Below are positions 29,477-39,957 of a stretch of 64,000 nt of DNA, in pieces; the first letter of the stretch is position 1; every line of letters starts with the position of its first letter. Position numbers and translations under genes: made by a program. Source of the stretch: Candidatus Latescibacterota bacterium (GTDB taxonomy: Bacteria; Latescibacterota; UBA2968; UBA8231); assembly GCA_965221775.1 (NCBI GenBank), contig CBDCSU010000004.1:192001-256000 (forward strand), in the 5' to 3' direction. The notes beneath the pieces are model-generated. The model did no database searches, was not told the origin of the DNA, and was given only the letters and a program-made list of their open reading frames with translations.

Positions 29477-29544
29477 TCGCGGCTGGTTGCCATGGTGCCG
29501 TGCATCGGCGTTTTTGGTTGTCCGCCCTCAGACCGGAGCCCTCG

Positions 29545-30900
29545 ATGATCGACGTACGCCGACTGCGCGCCGAACCCGACGCCATGCGCCGCGCCATCGC
29601 CCTGCGCCGGGTCGACCCCGCGCGGGCCGACGTGGACCGCTTCCTCGACATCGACGGCCAGCGCCGCGCCCTGCAGCAGCAGATCGACGGCCTCAACTCG
29701 CAGAAGAAGGAGCTGGCCCGCCTCGGCCGGACCGACCCCCGGGCCGCGCGCCGGAAGGGCCAGGAGCTGCGCGAGCAGGGGCGCGAGCTGGACGCCCGCC
29801 TGGGCGAGCTGACCGCGGAGTGGCAGGCGATCCTCGACTGGTTCCCCAACTGGCCGCACCCGGAGATGCCCGAGGGCGCCGGCGAGGAGGAGAACGCGGA
29901 GGAGTGCGTGTGGCTGCCGGGCCGCGGCTACCAGCCGCAGGACCAGCTCGGGGCCGGTTACCACTCGGCGGCGGCCATGCCGAAGGGCGCCGTCCACGGG
30001 GAGGGGGAGTTCGAGCCCCGGGACCACTCCGAGCTGTCGGCGGCCCTCGGCGCCGACACCTTGCAGGCCTCCAAGGTCTCGGGCTCGCGCTTCACCTACC
30101 TGACCGGGGACCTGGCGCGCATGCAGTACGCCCTGCAGCAGCTCCTGGCCGACGAGATGCTGCGCCGCGGCTACGAGATGATGGTGCCGCCCCTGCTCGT
30201 GCGCGAGCGCGCCCTCCACGGCACCTCCCACTTCCCCGAGGGCCGCGACCAGGTCTACGCCATCCAGACCGACAACGTCGAGGAGGGGACCCAGCTCTTC
30301 CTCGTGGGCTCGTCGGAGCCGGCCAACTTCAGCTACTTCATGGACCGCACCCTCGACGAGGCCGACCTGCCCGCCAGGCTCTTCGCCTTCACCGCCTGCT
30401 TCCGCTCCGAGGCCGGCTCCTGGGGCAAGGACGTGAAGGGCATCAAGCGGCTGCACCAGTTCGACAAGCTGGAGATGAACGCCGTCTGCACCCCCGATCA
30501 GTCCGAGGCGATGTACGAGGAGTTCGGACAGATCAACGAGTGGCTCCTGCAGCAGCTGCAGCTGCCCTACCGCATGGTCGACAAGTGCGGCGGCGACGCC
30601 GGGTACCTGGCCAGCCACCGGCAGCGCGACGGCGAGGTGTGGATGCCGGGGACGGGGGAGTTCATGGAGGTCATGACCGACACCAACACCACCGACTACC
30701 AGGCCCGCCGCATGAACATCCGCTACCGGCCCGCCGGGGGCGGCAGCCTGGTCTTCTGCCACACCGTCAACGACACGGGCTGCGCCATGGGCCGCATGCT
30801 CATCGCCATCGTCGAGAACTACCAGCAGGCCGACGGCTCGGTGAAGGTCCCCGAGGTCCTGCGGGCGGTGGTCGGCAAAGAGCGGATCCACCCGTCCTGA
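29545..30900 (+). CDS. serS: Serine--tRNA ligase (divergent active-site motifs)
   Basis: N-terminal coiled-coil arm, KVSGSRF, motif 2 CFRSEAG...RLHQFDKLE, DYQARR, AIVENYQQADG. Confidence 0.92.
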   Translation: MIDVRRLRAEPDAMRRAIALRRVDPARADVDRFLDIDGQRRALQQQIDGLNSQKKELARLGRTDPRAARRKGQELREQGRELDARLGELTAEWQAILDWFPNWPHPEMPEGAGEEENAEECVWLPGRGYQPQDQLGAGYHSAAAMPKGAVHGEGEFEPRDHSELSAALGADTLQASKVSGSRFTYLTGDLARMQYALQQLLADEMLRRGYEMMVPPLLVRERALHGTSHFPEGRDQVYAIQTDNVEEGTQLFLVGSSEPANFSYFMDRTLDEADLPARLFAFTACFRSEAGSWGKDVKGIKRLHQFDKLEMNAVCTPDQSEAMYEEFGQINEWLLQQLQLPYRMVDKCGGDAGYLASHRQRDGEVWMPGTGEFMEVMTDTNTTDYQARRMNIRYRPAGGGSLVFCHTVNDTGCAMGRMLIAIVENYQQADGSVKVPEVLRAVVGKERIHPS

Positions 30901-30952
30901 CCTTCGTGCCGCTGCCGCCGCTGGCCGCGCCTGCCCGCGAAGAGGCTCCCGA

Positions 30953-32299
30953 ATGACTCAGATCCCCCGCATCGGCACCGACCGCCAGCTCCTCGTCGAC
31001 CAGTACTGGATCGAGGACAGCCGCGGGGTGAGGCGCAGGCTCCACGAGCCGATGCGGCGCAACACGGCGATCGCCGCCGACCGGCCTTGGGAGCGGGGCG
31101 GCGTCTCCTACATGACCGTCTTTGCCGACGGCGGCAGGTACCGGGCCTGGTACCGCTGCGACGGCGACAACCCGATCCGGGACGACCAGCGCCAGCCCCT
31201 GATCGCCTGGGCCGAGAGCGGCGACGGCGTCCACTGGGAGAAGCCGTCCCTGGGCCTGATCGAGTTCGAGGGCTCCACCGACAACAACCTTGTCTGGCAG
31301 GGGCCGGGCAACAACCTCTCCCTCTTCCGCGACGACGGCCCCGGCGTGCCCGCCGACGAGCGCTACAAGGGCATCGTGCGGACGTCGGACCTGCTCGCCC
31401 TGGTCTCGCCCGACGGCCTGCGGTGGCGACTGCGCCGGGAGGCGCCGATCCACACCGACCGGCCCTTCGACTCCCACAACATCGTCTTCCGCGACCCCTT
31501 CCGCGGCGACTACGTCATCTACGCCCGCGGCGTCGCCGGCCGGGGCGACTTCAAGGGAGGCGTGCGCTGGGTGCGGCGCTCGACCTCCGCCGACTTCGAG
31601 AGCTGGAGCGAGTGGGAATCGATCGACGTCGGGCGCGAGCCGGATGAGCACCTCTACACCAACGCCTGCGTGCCCTACGAACGCGCCCCGGGGAGCTACC
31701 TCATGTTCCCCTCGCGCTTCGTCAAGGAGCGCATGCCGGATCCCGACTGGCCCCACGGCCCGGGGGTGAACGATATCCTCTTCCTGTCGAGCCGCGACGG
31801 CGTGCGCTTCGACGCCTCCCTGCGCGAGGCCTTCCTGCGGCCGGGACCCAACCCCGACAACTGGCACGAGCGCGCCATCTACATGGAGCACGGCCTGCTG
31901 CACACGGCGCCGGGGGAGATCTCCCTCTTCGGCATGGAGAGCTGGCGCCTGCCTTCGAACCGCATCCGGCGCTACACCCTGCGCACCGACGGCTTCGTCT
32001 CCGTCCACGCCGGCTTTTCCGGCGGCGAGTTCACCACGCCTGCATTCGTGTTCTCCGGGGGTGAGCTGGTGCTCAACTACTCCACCTCCGCCGCCGGCTC
32101 CCTGGGCGTGGAGCTTCAGCGGGCCGACGGCACCCCCGTCGAGGGGCGCACCCTCGCCGACTTCGGCGAGCGCTACGGCGACGAGATCGACGGCGCCGTG
32201 AGCTGGAACGGCCGCGGGGTGGGGGACCTGGCGGGAGAGCCGGTGCGCCTGCGCTTCACCCTGCAGGACGCGGACCTCTACGCCTTCCGCTTCCGCTGA
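30953..32299 (+). CDS. Hypothetical five-bladed beta-propeller glycoside hydrolase-like protein
   Basis: RQLLVD, ADRPWE, AESGDGVHWEKP, SPDGLRW, FDSHN, LRTDGFVS, and a C-terminal beta-sandwich ending DADLYAFRF. Confidence 0.7.
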   Translation: MTQIPRIGTDRQLLVDQYWIEDSRGVRRRLHEPMRRNTAIAADRPWERGGVSYMTVFADGGRYRAWYRCDGDNPIRDDQRQPLIAWAESGDGVHWEKPSLGLIEFEGSTDNNLVWQGPGNNLSLFRDDGPGVPADERYKGIVRTSDLLALVSPDGLRWRLRREAPIHTDRPFDSHNIVFRDPFRGDYVIYARGVAGRGDFKGGVRWVRRSTSADFESWSEWESIDVGREPDEHLYTNACVPYERAPGSYLMFPSRFVKERMPDPDWPHGPGVNDILFLSSRDGVRFDASLREAFLRPGPNPDNWHERAIYMEHGLLHTAPGEISLFGMESWRLPSNRIRRYTLRTDGFVSVHAGFSGGEFTTPAFVFSGGELVLNYSTSAAGSLGVELQRADGTPVEGRTLADFGERYGDEIDGAVSWNGRGVGDLAGEPVRLRFTLQDADLYAFRFR

Positions 32300-32309
32300 G
32301 CGGGGCGCC

Positions 32310-34034
32310 TCAGCGGAAGTGGGGCGTGTCGCGCAGGTGGTACTCCAGCAGGTGGCCGCGGGCGCCGATGTAGAACACGCCGTCCTCGAAGCCCTCCACG
32401 ATCTGGTAGAGGTCCGGGATCGGCGCCTTGTCGAGGTAGACGAGGCGCTCGGCGGAGACGTCGATCTTGAAGACCCGGGTCCTCGAGACGCCGTAGATGT
32501 CGCCGTCGCGGCCGGCGGTGAGGTGGACGACGCCGTGGGCCTCGGGGACCCCCATTAGCGGCGTGCCCTGCTCATCGAGGCTCCAGCGCACCATCACCCG
32601 ACGCTGCTCCGGGCTGAAGGCGAAGAGGCCGCCCGTGTCGGTGGATCCGTAGACCAGGCCGGTGGCGGGGCTGCAGGCGAGGTTGCCCACGGCGATCGCC
32701 CCCCACTCGGGGATGCACTCGAAGACGCGGCGCTCCTCCCGCGGGCAGAACATGAAGAGCCGCGCCTCGGTGGTCGTCTCCACGCAGCCGCGGCCGCCGC
32801 GGATGCTGGTGCCGCCGTAGACCCAGGTGCCGTCGGAGGCGACCGACTGCACCGACTGGTCCTCGTCGCGGAAGACCTTCTTCTCCTCCGTCTCCGGATC
32901 GAAGCGGGCCAGGCCGCCGCCGGGGACGTGGTAGTTGGCGCGGCAGGCGATGTAGATGCGGCCGTCGGGCCCGACGGTGTACTCGAAGGGGCGGTTCATC
33001 TCGGGGCCGAGGCGGCCGAAGTTGCGGGGGTTGGCCTCGGGGTGCTCGCCGCCGTCCCCGGGGCGGGGGTTCCACGGGAGGGCCGGGTCGTAGGCGGCGA
33101 AGTAGCCGCCGCCGTAGCTGCCCATGTAGACCTTGTCGCCGCAGGCGATGACGTCGTAGACCTCGCCGCCCGACCAGCCGACCTTGCCCAGGTCCTCCAG
33201 GTGCCGCGATTCCGGGTCGAAGCGGAAGATGTGCATGGAGATGATGGTGGCCCCGTAGATGCGGCCGTCGGGACCGCGGTGGAGGCCGCAGATGTCGGTG
33301 GCCACCGTGGGGCGGTAGCCGGCGCGGCGCTCCTCGCCGTCGACGGTGTAGGTGACTCCGTCCTGGCGGAAGCTGGAGGCGGCGATGGTGCGGCTCACGG
33401 CGGCGGGGGAGGGCGCCGGCTCGGGGTCCTCGCCGTCGGCCAGCGTGCGCGTGGAGTCTGTGGCCGGGTCGTAAGCGACGCGGCTGGCGGGGTCGCGCTG
33501 GATGCCGCAGACGACCTCCCCGGCGGCGGAGACGTGCTTCGGGCTGCACCAGACCTGCTGGCCCGGCACGTGGGGCGGCGGCGCCTGCACGCCGTGGTCG
33601 TGCCAGGCGTCGGCCTCCGGGTCGTAGCTGACCAGCCGGCCCTGGGGATGGGTGCCGAGCCAGACGCGGCCGTCGGGACCGACCACGGCGTTGTAGAACC
33701 GCTGCTCGCTCATGAGGGGAAAGCCGTGGGAGCGCAGCCCGCGCTCCGGGGTCCACGACTGCAGCACGTGGCCGAACTCGTAGATCCCGTGGAGGGTGTG
33801 GACCCACAGGGTGCCGTTGCGGGGATCGACGTTGCACTGGAACTCGCGGCCGCAGATCCAGTGGCGCTCGACGATCTCGCCCGTGTCGGCGTCGATGCCG
33901 AAGAGGACGGAGCCCTCCTGGCCGAACTCGCCTCCCCAGAGGATGTCGATGCCGCGCCTGTCGTCGCGCGACACCCAGCCTCCGCCCATCCAGCCCCCCA
34001 CCACCGCACGGCCCACGTCATAGAAAACACCCAT
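32310..34034 (-). CDS. Hypothetical beta-propeller repeat protein
   Basis: Repeated GPDGRVW/GPDGRIY, YDPE/FDPE and VYGGT blades. Confidence 0.7.
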   Translation of the reverse strand: MGVFYDVGRAVVGGWMGGGWVSRDDRRGIDILWGGEFGQEGSVLFGIDADTGEIVERHWICGREFQCNVDPRNGTLWVHTLHGIYEFGHVLQSWTPERGLRSHGFPLMSEQRFYNAVVGPDGRVWLGTHPQGRLVSYDPEADAWHDHGVQAPPPHVPGQQVWCSPKHVSAAGEVVCGIQRDPASRVAYDPATDSTRTLADGEDPEPAPSPAAVSRTIAASSFRQDGVTYTVDGEERRAGYRPTVATDICGLHRGPDGRIYGATIISMHIFRFDPESRHLEDLGKVGWSGGEVYDVIACGDKVYMGSYGGGYFAAYDPALPWNPRPGDGGEHPEANPRNFGRLGPEMNRPFEYTVGPDGRIYIACRANYHVPGGGLARFDPETEEKKVFRDEDQSVQSVASDGTWVYGGTSIRGGRGCVETTTEARLFMFCPREERRVFECIPEWGAIAVGNLACSPATGLVYGSTDTGGLFAFSPEQRRVMVRWSLDEQGTPLMGVPEAHGVVHLTAGRDGDIYGVSRTRVFKIDVSAERLVYLDKAPIPDLYQIVEGFEDGVFYIGARGHLLEYHLRDTPHFR

Positions 34035-34068
34035 CTTCGTCTTCCTCGGCTCTTGTGTGTTTCTCGCC

Positions 34069-35043
34069 CTAAGGAGCAAGCCAGCCGCCGCTGTCGCGGA
34101 AGGCCGGGAAGCGCAGGACCTGGGCCGCCGTTGCCCCCATCAGCTGCCGGCGCTCCTCCGGCGCCAGGTCGGGGAAGACCTCGCCGGGCAGCCGCACGAC
34201 CTCGCCGTACCCGGGATCGACGTCGATCCACGGGAAGTCGGTGGCCCACATCATGCGGCCGGCGCCGAAGACCATGCGCAGGCTGTCGCCCCAGCCGGCC
34301 AGGTCGGGGTAGGGGTAGCCCTGCCTGGTGAAGGCGTAGTGGCCGGAGAAGTGGACGTACACGTTGGGGTAGGGGTAGCGCCCCCGCGTGTTGCCGGGGA
34401 TGCGCCCCACCTTCAGGCCCAGGGTCGAGTAGCGGGTCTCCGGGGGCATGGGCACGTCGGCCTGGGGACGGCCCTTCTCGTCCCACCAGAACCTCGGCCC
34501 GGGGCAGACCATGAGGTGGTTGAAGACGACCCGCACCTGGGGGAAGGCCTCGAAGAGGTGGGGGACCACGTGGGCGTCCACCGCTCTCGGGTAGAGCCAG
34601 ATGACGTAGTCGCGTCTCGCCGCGTGCTCCCAGATGGGGTACACCGGCAGGCGGCGCACGTCCACGGGCTCAAAGGGGTCGGCGGGGCCCCCCAGCCGGC
34701 TGAGGCGGAAGCCGATGACGCGGCCGTCGCCGGCCTCGGCGAGCCGGTCCATGTGGGCGCCCGGGTCCTCGCAGTCGGGCGGGACGAGGCCGATCCCGAG
34801 AAAGCGGTCAGGGTGCTCGCGCAGGCAGTGGAGCAGGTAGGCGTGGACTTCGAGGCTGGTGCCCCCGATCTGCACGAGCACGGCGCCGTCGACGCCGTGG
34901 CTCTCCATGCGCTCCAGCAGCCGCTCCACCGGGGCCTCGCGCTCGGCCGGCAGGTGGTCGTTCACCTCCCGCGGGAACTCGGCGGACTGGCGCGCGAAGA
35001 CGTGCAGGTGGGCGTCGATGACGGGGGAGGGCCGGTCTTTCAC
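34069..35043 (-). CDS. Amidohydrolase_2 family TIM-barrel metal-dependent hydrolase
   Basis: VIDAHLHVF, GVDGAVLVQ, RMMWATDFPW. GTGA overlap with the upstream phyH-like gene. Confidence 0.88.
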   Translation of the reverse strand: MKDRPSPVIDAHLHVFARQSAEFPREVNDHLPAEREAPVERLLERMESHGVDGAVLVQIGGTSLEVHAYLLHCLREHPDRFLGIGLVPPDCEDPGAHMDRLAEAGDGRVIGFRLSRLGGPADPFEPVDVRRLPVYPIWEHAARRDYVIWLYPRAVDAHVVPHLFEAFPQVRVVFNHLMVCPGPRFWWDEKGRPQADVPMPPETRYSTLGLKVGRIPGNTRGRYPYPNVYVHFSGHYAFTRQGYPYPDLAGWGDSLRMVFGAGRMMWATDFPWIDVDPGYGEVVRLPGEVFPDLAPEERRQLMGATAAQVLRFPAFRDSGGWLAP

Positions 35044-35780
35044 GGGGCGGTCTCCGCTTGTGGCCGCGGCTCCCGGCGGAAGAGCTGGCGGCGGTCGGCG
35101 GTGGTGAGGCGGTCGGCGAAGCGGGCGAAGGCGTCGGGGTTGAAGGTCGCCTCGCTGTAGACCTCGTAGATGAGGATGATGGAGCGCCGTCCGCGCCCCG
35201 AGCGGTTGGCCAGGGAGGTGTGCAGGCCGTGGCTGTTGAAGACGACCGCCGTCCCGGCCTCGCCCTCGAAGACGCGGTGGCCCGGCATCTCCACCGGATC
35301 GGCCACCAGGGGCCAGGGGCCGGCCTCCGGATGGTGGCTGCCGGGCACGTAGGCGAAGGCGCCGTCGCGGCGCGAGACCGGGTCGAGGTAGAGCTGCACC
35401 TTCAGATGGAGGGGAGTGGAGCGCGGGACGTCGTAGTGCCAGCCCACGTAGCTGAGGGGTGCCGGCGGCAGGGTGCGGAACTGGGCCCCCAGGAAGGTCG
35501 CCTGGCCGCCGGTGTAAGCCATGAGGTGGCCGTACCAGGAGGGGTGATCGACCAGGTCGAGGAAGAGGGGGTCCCGCGGCAGGGCGTCGGGGATGTCGAA
35601 GAACGCCGCCGGCCGGGTGCCCTGCTCGACGCCCTGGAGCCAGCCCGGTCTGGCCTCGGCCGCCTCCCGGGAGAACGCCTCCTGAAGGCGGGACAGCTCT
35701 TCGCCGGAGAGAGCCCCGGGCAGGGGAACGACGCCGTCGGCGCGCCATCGGGAGGTCTGCTCGGGGGTCGGTCGGTTCAC
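35040..35780 (-). CDS. Phytanoyl-CoA dioxygenase (PhyH) family Fe(II)/2OG oxygenase
   Basis: WHYD (HxD), YVPGSH, distal H in GLHT, and RRSI. Confidence 0.88.
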   Translation of the reverse strand: MNRPTPEQTSRWRADGVVPLPGALSGEELSRLQEAFSREAAEARPGWLQGVEQGTRPAAFFDIPDALPRDPLFLDLVDHPSWYGHLMAYTGGQATFLGAQFRTLPPAPLSYVGWHYDVPRSTPLHLKVQLYLDPVSRRDGAFAYVPGSHHPEAGPWPLVADPVEMPGHRVFEGEAGTAVVFNSHGLHTSLANRSGRGRRSIILIYEVYSEATFNPDAFARFADRLTTADRRQLFRREPRPQAETAP

Positions 35781-35854
35781 GGCTCGGCTCCTTCGAGGCG
35801 CCGCAAGTTAGTGATGGTCGCCGCGCCTGCGCCACCGGGGCGCCGACGTTCACC

Positions 35855-35882
35855 TTGACCCTGCCGGGGGGCCGGCTATCTT
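35855..35882 (+). promoter_or_regulatory. Probable sigma70 promoter for the cupin-mmsA genes
   Basis: TTGACC-N16-TATCTT upstream of an AGGAGG SD and the TTG at 35918. Confidence 0.5.
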
Positions 35883-35917
35883 GCCCGCGCCGCTCACCCT
35901 CAAACAGGAGGACTCCC

Positions 35918-36283
35918 TTGGTCATCCGCAGCTGGCGCGACGCCAAGCCCCACGTGGGCCACGAGAACAAGATCATCTGGTCCATCTTCCGCTCGAAGGG
36001 CATCGAGGACCTGGAGGAGAACGAGGCCTGCCTCCTCGGGTTCTCCGGGCTCACCGTGCACCGGCTGCAGCCCGGCTGCGACGGGGACTACCACGACCAC
36101 GAGAACAAGGAGCAGGTCTACTACTTCACCGAGGGCCGGGCGAAGATGAAGATCGACGGCGAGATCTTCGAGGTGGGCGCCGGCGACGCCGTGCACCTGC
36201 CGCCGAAGTGCATGCACCAGATCGTCAACGACACCGACGACTGGGTGGAGCACCTGATCATCAGCGCCACGGTGGGCGGGTAG
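35918..36283 (+). CDS. Cupin domain protein
   Basis: HDHENKEQVYY and GDAVHLPPKCMHQ cupin motifs. AGGAGG SD before the TTG at 35918. Confidence 0.88.
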   Translation: MVIRSWRDAKPHVGHENKIIWSIFRSKGIEDLEENEACLLGFSGLTVHRLQPGCDGDYHDHENKEQVYYFTEGRAKMKIDGEIFEVGAGDAVHLPPKCMHQIVNDTDDWVEHLIISATVGG

Positions 36284-36335
36284 CCGATGGTAGTACTCGC
36301 CGCCACGGCTCCCGCGAGTACCGGGAGGAGGAGTG

Positions 36336-37814
<1,479 letters not shown>

Positions 37815-37839
37815 CGGGACCTGGGCCCGCCCCGGGCCG

Positions 37840-38670
37840 TCAGGCCCCTCCCGCCGCCGCCATGCGCGGCTCCGCCAGGGAGCGCCAGTTGTCGTAGTAG
37901 CGGCGGGTGCGCTCAGGCAGGCCCGGACGCACGTTGTCGGCCAGCAGCCACCGCTGGTCGCCCTTCTCGCTCTCTTCGTACGCCGACCGGTGGTCGACGA
38001 GGGCGCCCATCAGGGTCGAGCGCTCCTTCATGCCCTCGGGCTTGCGTCCCCGGTGGATGGTGTTGCCGTTCCAGAAGATCGTCTGGCCCTTCTTCAGGTC
38101 GATCCGCAGGCCGCCGGGCAGCTCGCCCTGGCCGCCCTCCATCAGGCACTCCTTCTCCTCGTCCGTGCGGAAGCGCCGGTGGCTGCCCGGCACGATCCAC
38201 AGGCAGGGATCGTCGAGGAGGGCCATGTGCCACTTCACGAGGTGCTTCCGATGCCGGGCGAGGAGCGCCATCTCCTCCTCGTAGCCGGCGTTCCGGTCCT
38301 GGCCGCCCACGTCCCGGTGCCAGTGGCCCTTGTAGTCCCCGGCAATGGCGCACAGGTGCACCCATCCCAGGCGCAACTCGTGGCCCAGAAAGGGTCGGAC
38401 GCAGGCGGCCACCTCTTCCGAGCCCAGGTACGCGGCGAAGACCGGCTCGCCGAACTCCGGGGCCATGAGGCCGGTCACGAAGGCCGGCTCCGCGCCGGGC
38501 CCGCCGGTACCGAGCCCGTCCTCGTCGTCCACCACCTCTCCCGAGCGGATGCGGTCCACCACCCGGCGCGCCGCCGCCGCCAGTTCCTCCAGCATCGGCG
38601 GCTCCACCGCGTCGTCGGCGATGAAGTACCCCTCTTCGTGGTATTGCTCTATCTGTCTCTGGCCGGGCAT
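37840..38670 (-). CDS. PhyH family dioxygenase
   Basis: YHEEGYF, WHRD, WIVPGSH, TIHRG. Confidence 0.85.
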   Translation of the reverse strand: MPGQRQIEQYHEEGYFIADDAVEPPMLEELAAAARRVVDRIRSGEVVDDEDGLGTGGPGAEPAFVTGLMAPEFGEPVFAAYLGSEEVAACVRPFLGHELRLGWVHLCAIAGDYKGHWHRDVGGQDRNAGYEEEMALLARHRKHLVKWHMALLDDPCLWIVPGSHRRFRTDEEKECLMEGGQGELPGGLRIDLKKGQTIFWNGNTIHRGRKPEGMKERSTLMGALVDHRSAYEESEKGDQRWLLADNVRPGLPERTRRYYDNWRSLAEPRMAAAGGA

Positions 38671-38685
38671 TCCCTGCTTTCCTGG

Positions 38686-39798
38686 TCAGTCCCGTTTGTA
38701 GGCCGCCATCTGCTCCATGTACTCCTCCCGTCCCTGGGCCGCTTTCTTGCTGTACATGCGGCCGGCGTGAGGAAGGATCTTCATGCTTCGGTCCTCGAGG
38801 GGCAGAGCGACCGGCGCGTGCCCCTGCCGGTGGGACTCGCGCAGGGCGATGCCGATCTCCAGGCCCTTGCGCATGTTGTCGCCGCTGGTCCTCGGCTCGC
38901 GGCCGGTCTCCAGGGCCTCGACGATGGCCGCCACGCTCGACGCCAGGCGGTAGCTGACCTCGCGCCAGCCGTGCTCGTCGTACCCGAGGTCCCAGGTGCC
39001 GGCTCTCTCGAAGAGCCCCTCCCGCTCGCGCAGCACTCTGTCGTCTCCGTCGTCCTCGGCATCCTGGAACGAGAACTTCAGCCAGTCGCTGAGGAACACG
39101 CCCCTCTCGGTGAGCACCTCGATCCCCCGCCGGCCCACGGGGTCCATGTGGACGTGGGCGAGGATGCCGTTGGCGAAGCGGATGACGCCGCCCATGCCCT
39201 GGTCCTCCTCGTCCCAGGGGTCGCCGCGGACCCAGCCCGTGACCCACTCCACGTCGGCGTCGCCGGCCATGAGGCGGGTCACGCCCAGGCTCTGGCAGCC
39301 GCCGCCCAGGATCTCGTTGTGGGGGTGGTAGACATTGACGGCGCGCACCTCGCCGACCTCCCCCGAGTCGACCATCTCGCGGAACTGCGAGAACTGGGGA
39401 AGGTTGCGCCAGGCGTCGCCGCAGGCGAAAGGGATCCCCTTCGCGCGGCAGGTCTCGACCATGCGGTCGGCGTCGGCCAGGCTGGAGGCGATCGGCTTCT
39501 CCGAGAAGATCGCGCCCACGCCGGCCTCGGCGCAGTCGATCACGGCCCGGGGGTTGACGCTGACGGGCAGCACCGGCCCGGCGATGTCGAGACGCTCCTT
39601 CGCCAGCATCTCGCGGTAGTCGCTGTAGACCGCGACGCCGAAGCGACTCCGGAAGAGCTCCAGGTTCTCCGGGTCCGTGTCGGCGGCGGCCACCAGCTCG
39701 GTCTTCGGGTTGACCACGTAGGCCCGGGCGTGGTTGCTGCCCATGCGGCCGACGCCGATCAGGCCGACCCGGTACGGCGGTGTCCTCGATGCGCTCAT
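38686..39798 (-). CDS. Gfo/Idh/MocA family oxidoreductase
   Basis: VGLIGVGRMG Rossmann motif and SEKPIA. Confidence 0.9.
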   Translation of the reverse strand: MSASRTPPYRVGLIGVGRMGSNHARAYVVNPKTELVAAADTDPENLELFRSRFGVAVYSDYREMLAKERLDIAGPVLPVSVNPRAVIDCAEAGVGAIFSEKPIASSLADADRMVETCRAKGIPFACGDAWRNLPQFSQFREMVDSGEVGEVRAVNVYHPHNEILGGGCQSLGVTRLMAGDADVEWVTGWVRGDPWDEEDQGMGGVIRFANGILAHVHMDPVGRRGIEVLTERGVFLSDWLKFSFQDAEDDGDDRVLREREGLFERAGTWDLGYDEHGWREVSYRLASSVAAIVEALETGREPRTSGDNMRKGLEIGIALRESHRQGHAPVALPLEDRSMKILPHAGRMYSKKAAQGREEYMEQMAAYKRD

Positions 39799-39957
39799 GT
39801 CGGCTCCTCTGCGGGTTTGGGGCGGGCCCTATGTTATGGCCCCGGCAGCGGAAGCGTCCATCCAGGAGCAGCCGGCAGCGGCCCGGGAGGCAGCGTGGGG
39901 CATCGACCGCCGCCGTGCGTTTGCCGCCCGGAGGACGAGCGGTTTTTCTATCGCCCC

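Noticed and set aside
29545-30900. SerRS as an amino acid:carrier-protein ligase acting on the MoaD-like protein
   Set aside because: It retains the N-terminal tRNA-binding coiled coil, and MoaD-like proteins are not phosphopantetheinyl carriers.
34305-34380. Direct repeat GGGGTAGGGGTAGC, 60 nt apart
   Set aside because: It encodes two YPYP peptides within the amidohydrolase; only two copies and not an array.
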